Below are positions 10,472 through 18,626 of a stretch of 64,000 nucleotides of DNA, piece after piece. The stretch lies in NCBI GenBank assembly GCA_019637335.1, contig JAHBVV010000001.1, positions 377,440 to 441,439 on the forward strand, read 5' to 3'. Made by a program: the position numbers and the translations under genes. Under the pieces are notes generated by a model. That model searched no databases. It was not told where the DNA came from and was given only the letters and a program-made list of their open reading frames with translations. Each line of letters begins with the position of its first letter. Position 1 is the first letter of the stretch. Source of the DNA: Candidatus Hydrogenedentota bacterium (GTDB lineage Bacteria; Hydrogenedentota; Hydrogenedentia; Hydrogenedentales; JAEUWI01).

Positions 10472-11512
10472 ATGAAAGCCCTGATCCTCGAAGACTACCG
10501 CCGTTTTGCCTACGCCACCGCGCCCGATCCCGCGCCCGGTCCGGGCGAAGTCCTCATCGCCGTGCAGGCCTGTGGCATCTGCGGCAGCGACGTCCACGGC
10601 ATGGACGGCAGCACCGGACGCCGCCGCCCGCCCATCATCATGGGCCACGAAGCCGCGGGAACCATCGCCGCCGTTGGGTCGGGCGTCGCCGCCTGGAAAC
10701 CCGGCGACCGCGTCACCTTCGACTCCACGATCTACTGCGGGACTTGCGCCTATTGCCGCCGCGGCCAGATCAACCTCTGCGACAACCGCCGCGTGTTGGG
10801 GGTCTCCTGTGAAGACTACCGGCAGCACGGCGCCTTCGCCGAATACGTCGCGGTCCCGCAGCACATTCTCTACCGGCTCCCCGGCGACCTGTCCTTCGAT
10901 CAGGCCGCCCTGGTCGAGCCGGTGTCCATCGCCTTCCACGCGATCAACCGCACGTCGATTTCGCTGAACGATTCGGCGATCGTCTTCGGCGCCGGCATGA
11001 TCGGACTCCTTGTTATCCAGGCGCTCCGGCTGGCCGGATGCGGCGTCATCATCGCCGTGGATCTGGAGGACAGCAAGCTGGCCCTCGCGAAACAGCTCGG
11101 CGCGGACCACGCTTTCAACGCCGCCGACCCGCAGTTGTCCGCGCGCGTGCTCGATCTCACCGGCGGCCAGGGCGCGGACCACGCTCTCGAATGCGTCGGT
11201 ATCGGCGCGACCGTGTCCGCCGCCTTTCAGTGCGTGCGCAAGGGCGGGTCGATAACGCTCGTCGGCAACCTGTCCCCCCGCATCGACTTCCCCCTGCAGG
11301 CCGCTGTTACGCGCGAAATCACCCTCAACGGCGTCTGCGCGTCCCAGGGCGAATACCCCGCCTGCCTCGACATGATCGCGCGCGGCGCCATCGACGTGAA
11401 ACCCCTGATGAGCGCCGTCGCGCCGCTGTCCGAAGGCGCCGCCTGGTTCGAACGCCTCTACAACAAGGAGCCGGGTTTGATGAAGGTGGTGCTGGCGCCG
11501 GATGGCGCTTGA
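10472..11512 (+). CDS. Zn-dependent medium-chain alcohol, sorbitol or threonine dehydrogenase family oxidoreductase
   Basis: The GHEAAG catalytic-Zn motif is present, with a CGTCAYC structural Zn Cys cluster and a GAGMIGLLVIQ Rossmann motif. Start is at MKALILEDY. Confidence 0.8.
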   Translation: MKALILEDYRRFAYATAPDPAPGPGEVLIAVQACGICGSDVHGMDGSTGRRRPPIIMGHEAAGTIAAVGSGVAAWKPGDRVTFDSTIYCGTCAYCRRGQINLCDNRRVLGVSCEDYRQHGAFAEYVAVPQHILYRLPGDLSFDQAALVEPVSIAFHAINRTSISLNDSAIVFGAGMIGLLVIQALRLAGCGVIIAVDLEDSKLALAKQLGADHAFNAADPQLSARVLDLTGGQGADHALECVGIGATVSAAFQCVRKGGSITLVGNLSPRIDFPLQAAVTREITLNGVCASQGEYPACLDMIARGAIDVKPLMSAVAPLSEGAAWFERLYNKEPGLMKVVLAPDGA

Positions 11513-12290
11513 CGAGGATTTGAATCGCGAATGGACGCGAATGGACACAGGGCAGCCTCTGGCCGCAACCAAAGAAATGATCACCACGAAGGGCACGAAG
11601 GGCACGAAGAAAAACAGAGAATAGCTTTAACCGCAGAGAACGCAGAGAGCGCATAGGGTGATTTCTGTTACGCAGATGGATTGGGTCGATGATCGAGAGC
11701 GCATTCTTAACCACGAATGAACACCAATGCACACGAATGCATCGGGAGCAGCCGCGGGCGGTGATCAAGAATTGTGCCCACGGATTGCACTGATGACACG
11801 GATTGAAAATAGAAGATGATTTCGGTTGTTGGGGTGTGCAGGCGACTGCGTGCTCTTTCCAAGGCAGCCTGATCGGATTGTTCAGCATCGGAATTGTAGC
11901 GGGGTTGATCGGGTGGCGGGCTACTTCTTCTCGTCTGGTTCGGGTGTCGCTTCAATCCGTGTCATCGGTGTAATCCGTGGGCAAGAAAAGAATTTCGACC
12001 ACGACACTGAACGGCCCGGAGATTCTCCCTGGGTTTTTCGCTTCGTAAATGCTTTTACAACAAACGTTTATATGGATTTTGAGCGAAAGAACTTGCAGAA
12101 AAAACAAGAAGTTGACGGATAGTAGTACGAAGGCCACGAAGAAAAGAAGTTGGAGAAGGAGTGCTATTAGCGCATAGGCGCAATTACGCAGATGAATTGG
12201 CGCACGCTTCAAAACTGCTTGAAGAGAGTGAACCACGAATTCACACGAATGGACACGAATGAAGATCTGAATTGAACGACGGCAATCCGG
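11513..12290. repeat. Modular word-repeat element, locus 1 (words CACGAAGG, CACGAATG, CGCAGAGAACGCAGAGAGCGCA, CACGGATTACAC)
   Basis: Shares long blocks with loci at 23.1, 33.2, 48.9 and 60.6 kb. An example block is gatcaccacgaagggcacgaaggccacgaaga...ttaaccgcagagaacgcagagagcgca. There is no ORF with protein-like composition. Confidence 0.75.
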
Positions 12291-12802
12291 GCCGTCAATG
12301 ACGTATGGCAGGCATCTTCGGTCCGAAGGGCCAGCGCGGCATAACCCTACTCATCACCATGGGAGAAATGGCTGTTGACACGGATGGGGAGGGGCGCCTG
12401 GGGGCTTTTCGAGGTATCGCAGAGAACGCAAAGAGATTGCTGGCGGGCACGGTGACGGTGACGGCGCCCGAGGCACTCTTTGAATTCTCGAAGCAGGCAC
12501 ACGAACGCGCTGTTGCGCGATCGCGTGGCACGGGATCTGGGAGCTCGATGAATGCGGTGTGTGTTGATTAGCGGCAATTCTTTGGCCGTCAGAAGTAGTC
12601 ACCCCCGTCGCACCCAACCGTGGCGGCTTTCGGTGATCGAAAACCGTCATCCCCACGAAAGTGGGGATCCAGAGATCATGCAACGTTAACCTCGCAAACC
12701 CTCTGGATTCCCGCCTTCGCGGGAATGACGAATACATCCAGTGCAAGTAAGGGGCATCTCGTATCGGCGAACGCCTTACTTCAGACGGCTAAAGTATTAC
12801 GA

Positions 12803-14233
12803 TCAGCGGAATTGCAGGGCGTAGAGGTGGGCGTCTTTCATGATGAAGCGCAGGCGCACGGGCTTTCCGGAGAGCGCGCTGATGTCCTTGCTCTCGTTCC
12901 AGGTTACGGCGCGGGAGACTTCGTTGCCGATGATCTCGAAGCAGGCGTCCGCCTCGTAGCCGGGAATTACCACGCCGTCTCCGTCGAGGAGCTCGACCTT
13001 GATGCTGCCGGCGGCGGAGGTGGCGTAGTTCAGGTAGAGCGAGGTCCCTGAGAAGGTCAGGGTTTTTGTGATGAGCTCCCCGCCTTCATAGGGCGCCTCT
13101 ACGGCCGCGAAGCCGTCGGGCCGGAGGGAATAGCGCTGGAGTCCGGCGGTGGGCTGTCCGTAGTTTTTCTGGACGTAGAGCGAGATTTCGCGTTCGCCGG
13201 TGGGGACGATGCCCCAGGCGGGGTAGTTGGTGCGGGAGGTCCAGTTTTCGTAGCCGATGCCGGGCTTCAGGAAGCCGCCCATGAACTGGCGGTCGTAGGC
13301 GTAGCCGCCCCGGCTGGTCAGCAGGACGCTGTCGGAGCAGTCGCCGGAGTAGCGCGCTTCCACGCCGAACTCGGCGGCTTCCTGTTCGCTGACCACGCGG
13401 CGTCCGGGCATGAAGCGGGCAGCGACGGCCAGGTAGATGTGCGGGGCGCGGAAATAGGGGAGGGTCTGGTTGGTGTAGAGGTGTTCGCGGGGGGTGTGGC
13501 CGAAATCCATTTCTTTCGGCTCCGACCAGGTGACGAAATCGGGGGAGGTGGCGCGGCTCACGCTGCGGAAGCCCTTGAAGCCGCCCTGGTGCCAGGTGCG
13601 GAAATAGCAGACGTACTGCTGCTCGGTTTCCGACCAGAAGGCGACGTTCTGCGAGTCGAAGGCGCCGGCGGTGATCATGGGCTGATCCTGCAGCGTCCAG
13701 TGAATTCCGTCGGCGCTGTAGAACGCGTGCAGCCCGGTTTCGCTCGTGCCCGCGACCGCCTTGTATTGCTGATCCGCCGGGACGCCGGGGCGCGTATCGC
13801 GAAACGGCGCGAAATTGTGGGAGAAGGGGGCCTGATTGGCGATGATGATGTTGTTTTCCGAGGAGCCTTCGTATTCGTGCAGGCCGAGGGCGGGCTTCGT
13901 GAAGGACAGGCCGTCCGCGCTCTCCGCGTAGCAGGTCACTTCCCAGTCCGAGCCGTCCTTTCCGGCGAGCGGATTGCCCCGGTAGTACATCCGATATTTT
14001 CCGGCGTCCTCGAAGACGGTCACGTAGCCGCAGTAGCGTCCTTCCCAGGCGTCGTCGTAAGCGATGACGATCTCGCGGGGCTGCGGGGGCTGGAGTGCGA
14101 GGCGTGTATTGGCGAGGGTCTCGACGAGGTAGCCGTCCACGAAGAGTTCGAGGCGGTTTTCGAGGGGCAGGGGCTCGGCCGCGTGGGTGTGGAAGGCGGT
14201 CAGGAGGACGGCGAGTGCCAGGCAGTTGCGCAT
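12803..14233 (-). CDS. Secreted beta-propeller glycoside-hydrolase-like protein, family uncertain (GH43, GH32 or BNR-like)
   Basis: Signal peptide MRNCLALAVLLTAFHTHAAEP. The protein is 476 aa, Trp/Tyr/Gly-rich, with repeated blade-like segments. The family assignment was made by eye. Confidence 0.45.
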   Translation of the reverse strand: MRNCLALAVLLTAFHTHAAEPLPLENRLELFVDGYLVETLANTRLALQPPQPREIVIAYDDAWEGRYCGYVTVFEDAGKYRMYYRGNPLAGKDGSDWEVTCYAESADGLSFTKPALGLHEYEGSSENNIIIANQAPFSHNFAPFRDTRPGVPADQQYKAVAGTSETGLHAFYSADGIHWTLQDQPMITAGAFDSQNVAFWSETEQQYVCYFRTWHQGGFKGFRSVSRATSPDFVTWSEPKEMDFGHTPREHLYTNQTLPYFRAPHIYLAVAARFMPGRRVVSEQEAAEFGVEARYSGDCSDSVLLTSRGGYAYDRQFMGGFLKPGIGYENWTSRTNYPAWGIVPTGEREISLYVQKNYGQPTAGLQRYSLRPDGFAAVEAPYEGGELITKTLTFSGTSLYLNYATSAAGSIKVELLDGDGVVIPGYEADACFEIIGNEVSRAVTWNESKDISALSGKPVRLRFIMKDAHLYALQFR

Positions 14234-14326
14234 GGGAGGGCTCCAGAAGTTTTGCGGTTGTTATAACCAATTATACGGTCTGGGGCGGGGCGATACAAGG
14301 CAGGGGTGGCGTAGCCCTGGACAGCC

Positions 14327-14400
14327 GGGACGGCAGAGACAACAGGGACAACAGGGACAACAGGGACAACAGGGACAACAGGGACAACAGGGACCCGCCT
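14327..14400. repeat. Tandem 9-mer microsatellite (gacaacagg) with about 7 units
   Basis: Direct read of the sequence: gacaacagggacaacagggacaacagg... Confidence 0.9.
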
Positions 14401-14677
14401 GCGGCGGGCAGGCCTCGGGACGGCAGGGACGACTCCGCCGCCCTGGACAGCCGGGACGGCTATCCTACATTTTCGCGAATTGTTGCTTCCGCAGGCTGCC
14501 GTGTTGTGAATTCTGGTAGTGCGGAAAAGGTGCCATTGGGCAGGGGGCTGGGGTATGATCGGTGGCCTGGGGGATGTGGGCGGGATCGCCCCTCGGCGGG
14601 CGGCAGGCCCCGATCCGTACGTTTTTCTGGTTCTTGACGTGTGTCTATTTGCCGTAGCAGTACATTCAGGAGGTTTC

Positions 14678-15670
14678 ATGAAAAAGATTACTACCATCGC
14701 GGTGTCCGGACTTGGTTTTTGCCTGTTGTTTCCCGCCGCGGCGTCGGATTCGTTGCCGGCGCCGGCGAACCAGGTCATCGACTACCACACGGACATCGCG
14801 CCGCTGCTTCAGGAGCACTGCATCGATTGCCACGGTGCGGAGAAGCAGAAGTCGGACTACCGTCTGGACAACCGGGCGGACGCGATTGGCAGCGGTTCGG
14901 AGGGGGGCGCGATTGCGGTGGGGGACAGCGCGGGCAGCCTGCTGGTGCGGCTGATCACGGGGACGGACGACAACTTTGACATCATGCCGCCGAAGGGCGA
15001 CCCGTTGACGGCGGAGCAGGTGGGGCTGATTCGCGCGTGGATCGATCAGGGCGCGGTTTGGGAGGGTTCGGGCGACTCGGCGGCGGCTCCGATGGAGGAG
15101 CGCAACGACCGGGCGGCCTTTTCGGTGGCTGGTGGCGCTTGGGTTATCGAGGCGACGGCGCAGAAGGGGCCTCTGGCGGTGTGGGAAGCGGTTTCGGAGC
15201 AGGGGCCGGCGGGAGAGGCGTGCGTTGCGCTGACGAATCCGAACCACACGAGCGACGGGACGTTTAATCTGCTGTGGAACCCGGAGGCGGGGTTCAGGAA
15301 CGGCCGTATTGAGACGAGCCTGAAGGCCGTGTCCGGGGAGACGGATCAGGGCGGCGGGCTTATCTGGCGGGCGCGCGACAAGAACAACCACTACATCGCG
15401 CGGTATAACCCGGCCGAGAAGAACCTGCGGTTGTACGAATTGGTGGACGGGAAGCGGACGCAGCTGGCGAGCGCGGAAGTGGAGAAGCCGGAAGGTTCGT
15501 GGGCGGCGCTGGCGGTGGAGCACCAGGACAACCACATCACGGTGAGCCTGGATGGCAAGGTGCTGCTGGAGCACGATTCCAACACCTTCGGAGAAGCCGG
15601 GGGCGTCGGGCTGTGGACCAAGGCCGACGCGGCGACGGTGTTTACGCAGCCGGTTGTGCGGGCGGACTGA
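14678..15670 (+). CDS. Secreted Planctomycete-cytochrome-c (PSCyt1) domain protein with a C-terminal LamG/concanavalin-like domain
   Basis: AGGAGG lies 8 nt upstream of the ATG. Signal peptide MKKITTIAVSGLGFCLLFPAAA. Heme motif HCIDCHG. The C-terminal region looks like a beta-sandwich. Confidence 0.6.
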   Translation: MKKITTIAVSGLGFCLLFPAAASDSLPAPANQVIDYHTDIAPLLQEHCIDCHGAEKQKSDYRLDNRADAIGSGSEGGAIAVGDSAGSLLVRLITGTDDNFDIMPPKGDPLTAEQVGLIRAWIDQGAVWEGSGDSAAAPMEERNDRAAFSVAGGAWVIEATAQKGPLAVWEAVSEQGPAGEACVALTNPNHTSDGTFNLLWNPEAGFRNGRIETSLKAVSGETDQGGGLIWRARDKNNHYIARYNPAEKNLRLYELVDGKRTQLASAEVEKPEGSWAALAVEHQDNHITVSLDGKVLLEHDSNTFGEAGGVGLWTKADAATVFTQPVVRAD

Positions 15671-15723
15671 TCGCGCACAAAGAAGCGGAAATCGCGGGCG
15701 TCCCGGTGCGGGGCGCCCGCGCG

Positions 15724-16356
15724 TTATTTACCGGCGCGGGCGAGCGGATTTCGGGTTGCCTGGCGGGCGTCGTAATCGGGGTAGATCCCGGTCATTTCGT
15801 GGTAGAACGCGCGGATTCGGCCGAAGTCCGCCTCCACATCGCCACTGAGGTGGATGGGGTCGCCGAGTCCGATGCGGCGGCGGTCGTGGTTGATGTATCC
15901 GGGGACGACAGGGACGCCGGCCCCGAGGGCCATCCAGTAGAATCCGAGCTTCCAGTGCGCCACGGCCTTGCGCGTGCCCTCCGGGGCGATCAGCAGGGCG
16001 AGGTCGTCGTTGCGGTTGAATACGTCGACCATCTGGCGGACGACACTGGCGGCGGCGCGGCGGTTAACAGGAATGCCGCCGAGTTTGCGCCAGACGGCGC
16101 CGAGGGGCCAGAAGAATGCGGTGTCCTTCATCATCCAGGTGACGGGAATGCGCATCGCCATGGAGGCGAAGAGCATGTAGAAGAGGTCCATGTTGGTGGT
16201 GTGTGGGGCGGCGATGAGGACGTATTTTCGGATAGGGGGGGCCAGGCTGGCTTCGCGCCATCCCATCAGGCGGAGGCAGGCCTGGCCGATGAAGCGGCTT
16301 AACGGGCCGGTTCGGCCGCGCCGCAGGGGCGACTTATTCACAGTGGAGTTATCCAT
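15724..16356 (-). CDS. 1-acyl-sn-glycerol-3-phosphate (lysophospholipid) acyltransferase, PlsC family
   Basis: HxxxxD motif at PHTTNMD and acyl-acceptor motif IAPEGTR. Start chosen at MDNSTVNK. The 502-aa ORF extends upstream through low-complexity Arg/Pro sequence and is probably not translated. Confidence 0.6.
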   Translation of the reverse strand: MDNSTVNKSPLRRGRTGPLSRFIGQACLRLMGWREASLAPPIRKYVLIAAPHTTNMDLFYMLFASMAMRIPVTWMMKDTAFFWPLGAVWRKLGGIPVNRRAAASVVRQMVDVFNRNDDLALLIAPEGTRKAVAHWKLGFYWMALGAGVPVVPGYINHDRRRIGLGDPIHLSGDVEADFGRIRAFYHEMTGIYPDYDARQATRNPLARAGK

Positions 16357-16629
16357 CCATTGGACCTGTTCAGGGTGGTAAGAACGGTGTGAACGTAAAG
16401 GTGGGAATGATAGCGCCCGGGGGCCCGTTGAGACAAGCGCGCTTTGCAATTTTTCACTTTGCGCGATATACTTCGAGATGGGTTGGGCGACAAAGATCTT
16501 CCCCGGTTTGCTGCGGGTAGTATTCGTGTTGTCCGGTGTTTGCAAGGCGAGGTGGTGCCTTCGGGCGCCGCGTTGTATTGGGTTTGGGGTGGCGCGCCGC
16601 GGGGGCGCGCCCTCGAAAGGCCAAGGCAG

Positions 16630-18354
16630 ATGGACGCAGTACGGCATGAGGCGGCCCTCGCTAAGGTCCTGACCGGCGTGGCCGGTCTCGACGATGTGCT
16701 TCGCGGCGGATTTCCGGCTGGCCGCACGACGGTAATTGCGGGCGGTCCGGGGTCCGGGAAGACGGTGCTTTCGTTGCAGTCGCTGGCGTATGCCGCGCGG
16801 GAATTGGGGGAGCCGGGCATTTTCGTGACGTATGAGGAGTCCGCGCCGCACATTCTTGCGAACGCGGCGGGGTTCGACTGGGATCTGGCCTCCATCGCGG
16901 GCCGGGGTCTTGAGATACTGGATGCGGGGATTGGCGTTGACACGATTCAGAGTGGCGCCTTTGATCTTGGGGGACTGCTTGCGATGCTGGACGCGAAGGC
17001 GCGCTCGACGGGTGCGCGGCGAATCGTGTTTGACGCGCTGGACGTGCTTCTTTCGGCGTTTCGGTCCGGCGCGGACGCTCGGCGCGAGGCGCACCGTCTT
17101 GCGCAGTGGCTTTCTGGCCGGGGCATGACGGCGGCGATAACGTGCAAGCTTGGCGGCCCGTCCACCGCCGCGCCATCGGGGAACCTCGATTTTCTTCAAT
17201 ACCTGTGCGACTGCGTAGTCGTTCTGGAGCACGCGCTCGACGAGGGGATTTCACAGCGCAGCCTGTATGTTTTGAAATACCGGGGATCCGCGTTCGACGA
17301 GAACCGGATCCCGTTTTTGATCGGGGAATCGGGGATCGAGACCGCGCTCGCGCGGGCCGGGGAGGAGGCGCTGGCGCCGGTGACGGACGAGCGGGTGTCG
17401 AGCGGCGTAGCGCGTCTGGACACGATGCTCGGGGGCGGCTATCACCGTGGCGCGAGTGTGTTGATTACCGGTGCGCCGGGAACGGCGAAGACGACGCTCA
17501 GCGGGGCGTTTGCGCGCGCGGCGTGTTCGCGCGGGGAGCGGACGCTGTTTGTAAGCTTTGATTCCCACGGGGCTGAGATCGTCCGGAATTTGAAATCCGT
17601 CGGGATTGACCTGGCTCCCCATGTTGAATCGGGCATGCTCCGGCTGGTTTCGGCGCGATCGATCCGGGGGAGCGCGGAGACGCACTTAATCGGCCTGATA
17701 CGCCGCGCGCGGGAGCACGGGGCGCGCTGCCTGGTGGTGGATCCGATCTCGGCGATCGCGCAACCGGGCAACGCGGAGTGGGCGCACAGCACGGTGGCGC
17801 GGCTGATCGACTGGACGAAGGAGGCGGGCCTCACGCTGGTGTGCACGAGCCTTCTCGACAGTTCCGAGCCAACACTGGAGGGGACGCCGCTCCAGATATC
17901 GACCATAGCGGACACCTGGATGCATCTGACGTATCAGGTTCGCGCCGGGGAGCGGAACCGGGGGATCAGCATTGTGAAATCGCGCGGCACGGCGCACTCG
18001 AACCAGGTCCGGGAGCTGGTGCTGCGGCGCGAGGGCGTGGATCTGGCGGACGTCTACCTGGCGGGCGGAGAGGTTCTGATGGGATCGCTCCGGCTGGAGA
18101 AGGAGCAGGAGGCGGAGCGCGCGCGGCTCCGGGCGGAGGAGGAATCGGCGCGGGCGCTGGTCCGGCTGGACGAGGAGGCGGCGGATCTTGAATCTCGGAT
18201 AGCGCAGCTTTCGCGGGAACTGGCGCGGGCACGTACGGCGCGCGCGACGCTTGCGGCGGGCGAGGCGGGTGCGGCGCGCGCGCGGGCCTCGCATCGGGAG
18301 GTACTGCGGGAGACTCGCGGGGCGGATCGCGCTGGCGAGGGGAACTTCACATGA
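16630..18354 (+). CDS. kaiC: KaiC-family circadian-clock-like double RecA ATPase
   Basis: Two Walker A sites, GGPGSGKT and GAPGTAKT, with the KaiC-like GLDDVLRGGFPAGRTTVIAGGPG and FVTYEESA motifs. Start chosen at MDAVRHEA. The stop overlaps the kaiB start in ATGA. Confidence 0.85.
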   Translation: MDAVRHEAALAKVLTGVAGLDDVLRGGFPAGRTTVIAGGPGSGKTVLSLQSLAYAARELGEPGIFVTYEESAPHILANAAGFDWDLASIAGRGLEILDAGIGVDTIQSGAFDLGGLLAMLDAKARSTGARRIVFDALDVLLSAFRSGADARREAHRLAQWLSGRGMTAAITCKLGGPSTAAPSGNLDFLQYLCDCVVVLEHALDEGISQRSLYVLKYRGSAFDENRIPFLIGESGIETALARAGEEALAPVTDERVSSGVARLDTMLGGGYHRGASVLITGAPGTAKTTLSGAFARAACSRGERTLFVSFDSHGAEIVRNLKSVGIDLAPHVESGMLRLVSARSIRGSAETHLIGLIRRAREHGARCLVVDPISAIAQPGNAEWAHSTVARLIDWTKEAGLTLVCTSLLDSSEPTLEGTPLQISTIADTWMHLTYQVRAGERNRGISIVKSRGTAHSNQVRELVLRREGVDLADVYLAGGEVLMGSLRLEKEQEAERARLRAEEESARALVRLDEEAADLESRIAQLSRELARARTARATLAAGEAGAARARASHREVLRETRGADRAGEGNFT

Positions 18355-18626
18355 ACGCATCCAGTCATCGCGTTTGTCTCTATGTGGCCGGAGATAGCCC
18401 GAATTCGCGGCTTGCGCGGGCGAATCTGGCGGCGATCGCGGGCGAATCGTTTCCGGCGGGCTGGGAAGTGGAGGTGGTGGATGTGTTCGAGCACCCGGAC
18501 CGCGCATTGGCGGACGGGGTGCTGCTGACGCCGATGCTGGTGGCCGACCCCGGAAGCCGGGTCATTGGCACGCTGGCGGAAACCGCGGCGGTGCTTGCGG
18601 CGCTCGGGCTTGAGGGCTCCCGGTGA
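18351..18626 (+). CDS. kaiB: KaiB-like thioredoxin-fold protein
   Basis: 91 aa, with the KaiB signature LYVAGDSPNSRLARANL...LTPML. It is translationally coupled to kaiC and to the downstream kinase. Confidence 0.8.
   Translation: MNASSHRVCLYVAGDSPNSRLARANLAAIAGESFPAGWEVEVVDVFEHPDRALADGVLLTPMLVADPGSRVIGTLAETAAVLAALGLEGSR

Noticed and set aside
12305-12571. 88-aa ORF 12305-12571 downstream of the word-repeat locus
   Set aside because: No start context or homology signal. It lies in repeat-rich DNA carrying a copy of the aattctttggccgtcagaagtag mini-repeat. It is left uncalled.
15724-17232. The full 502-aa ORF as the acyltransferase gene
   Set aside because: Only the C-terminal 210 aa carry PlsC motifs. 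The upstream 290 aa are Arg/Pro/Gln low-complexity sequence that overlaps the kaiC promoter region and gene start. I trimmed the start to ATG 16354-16356.
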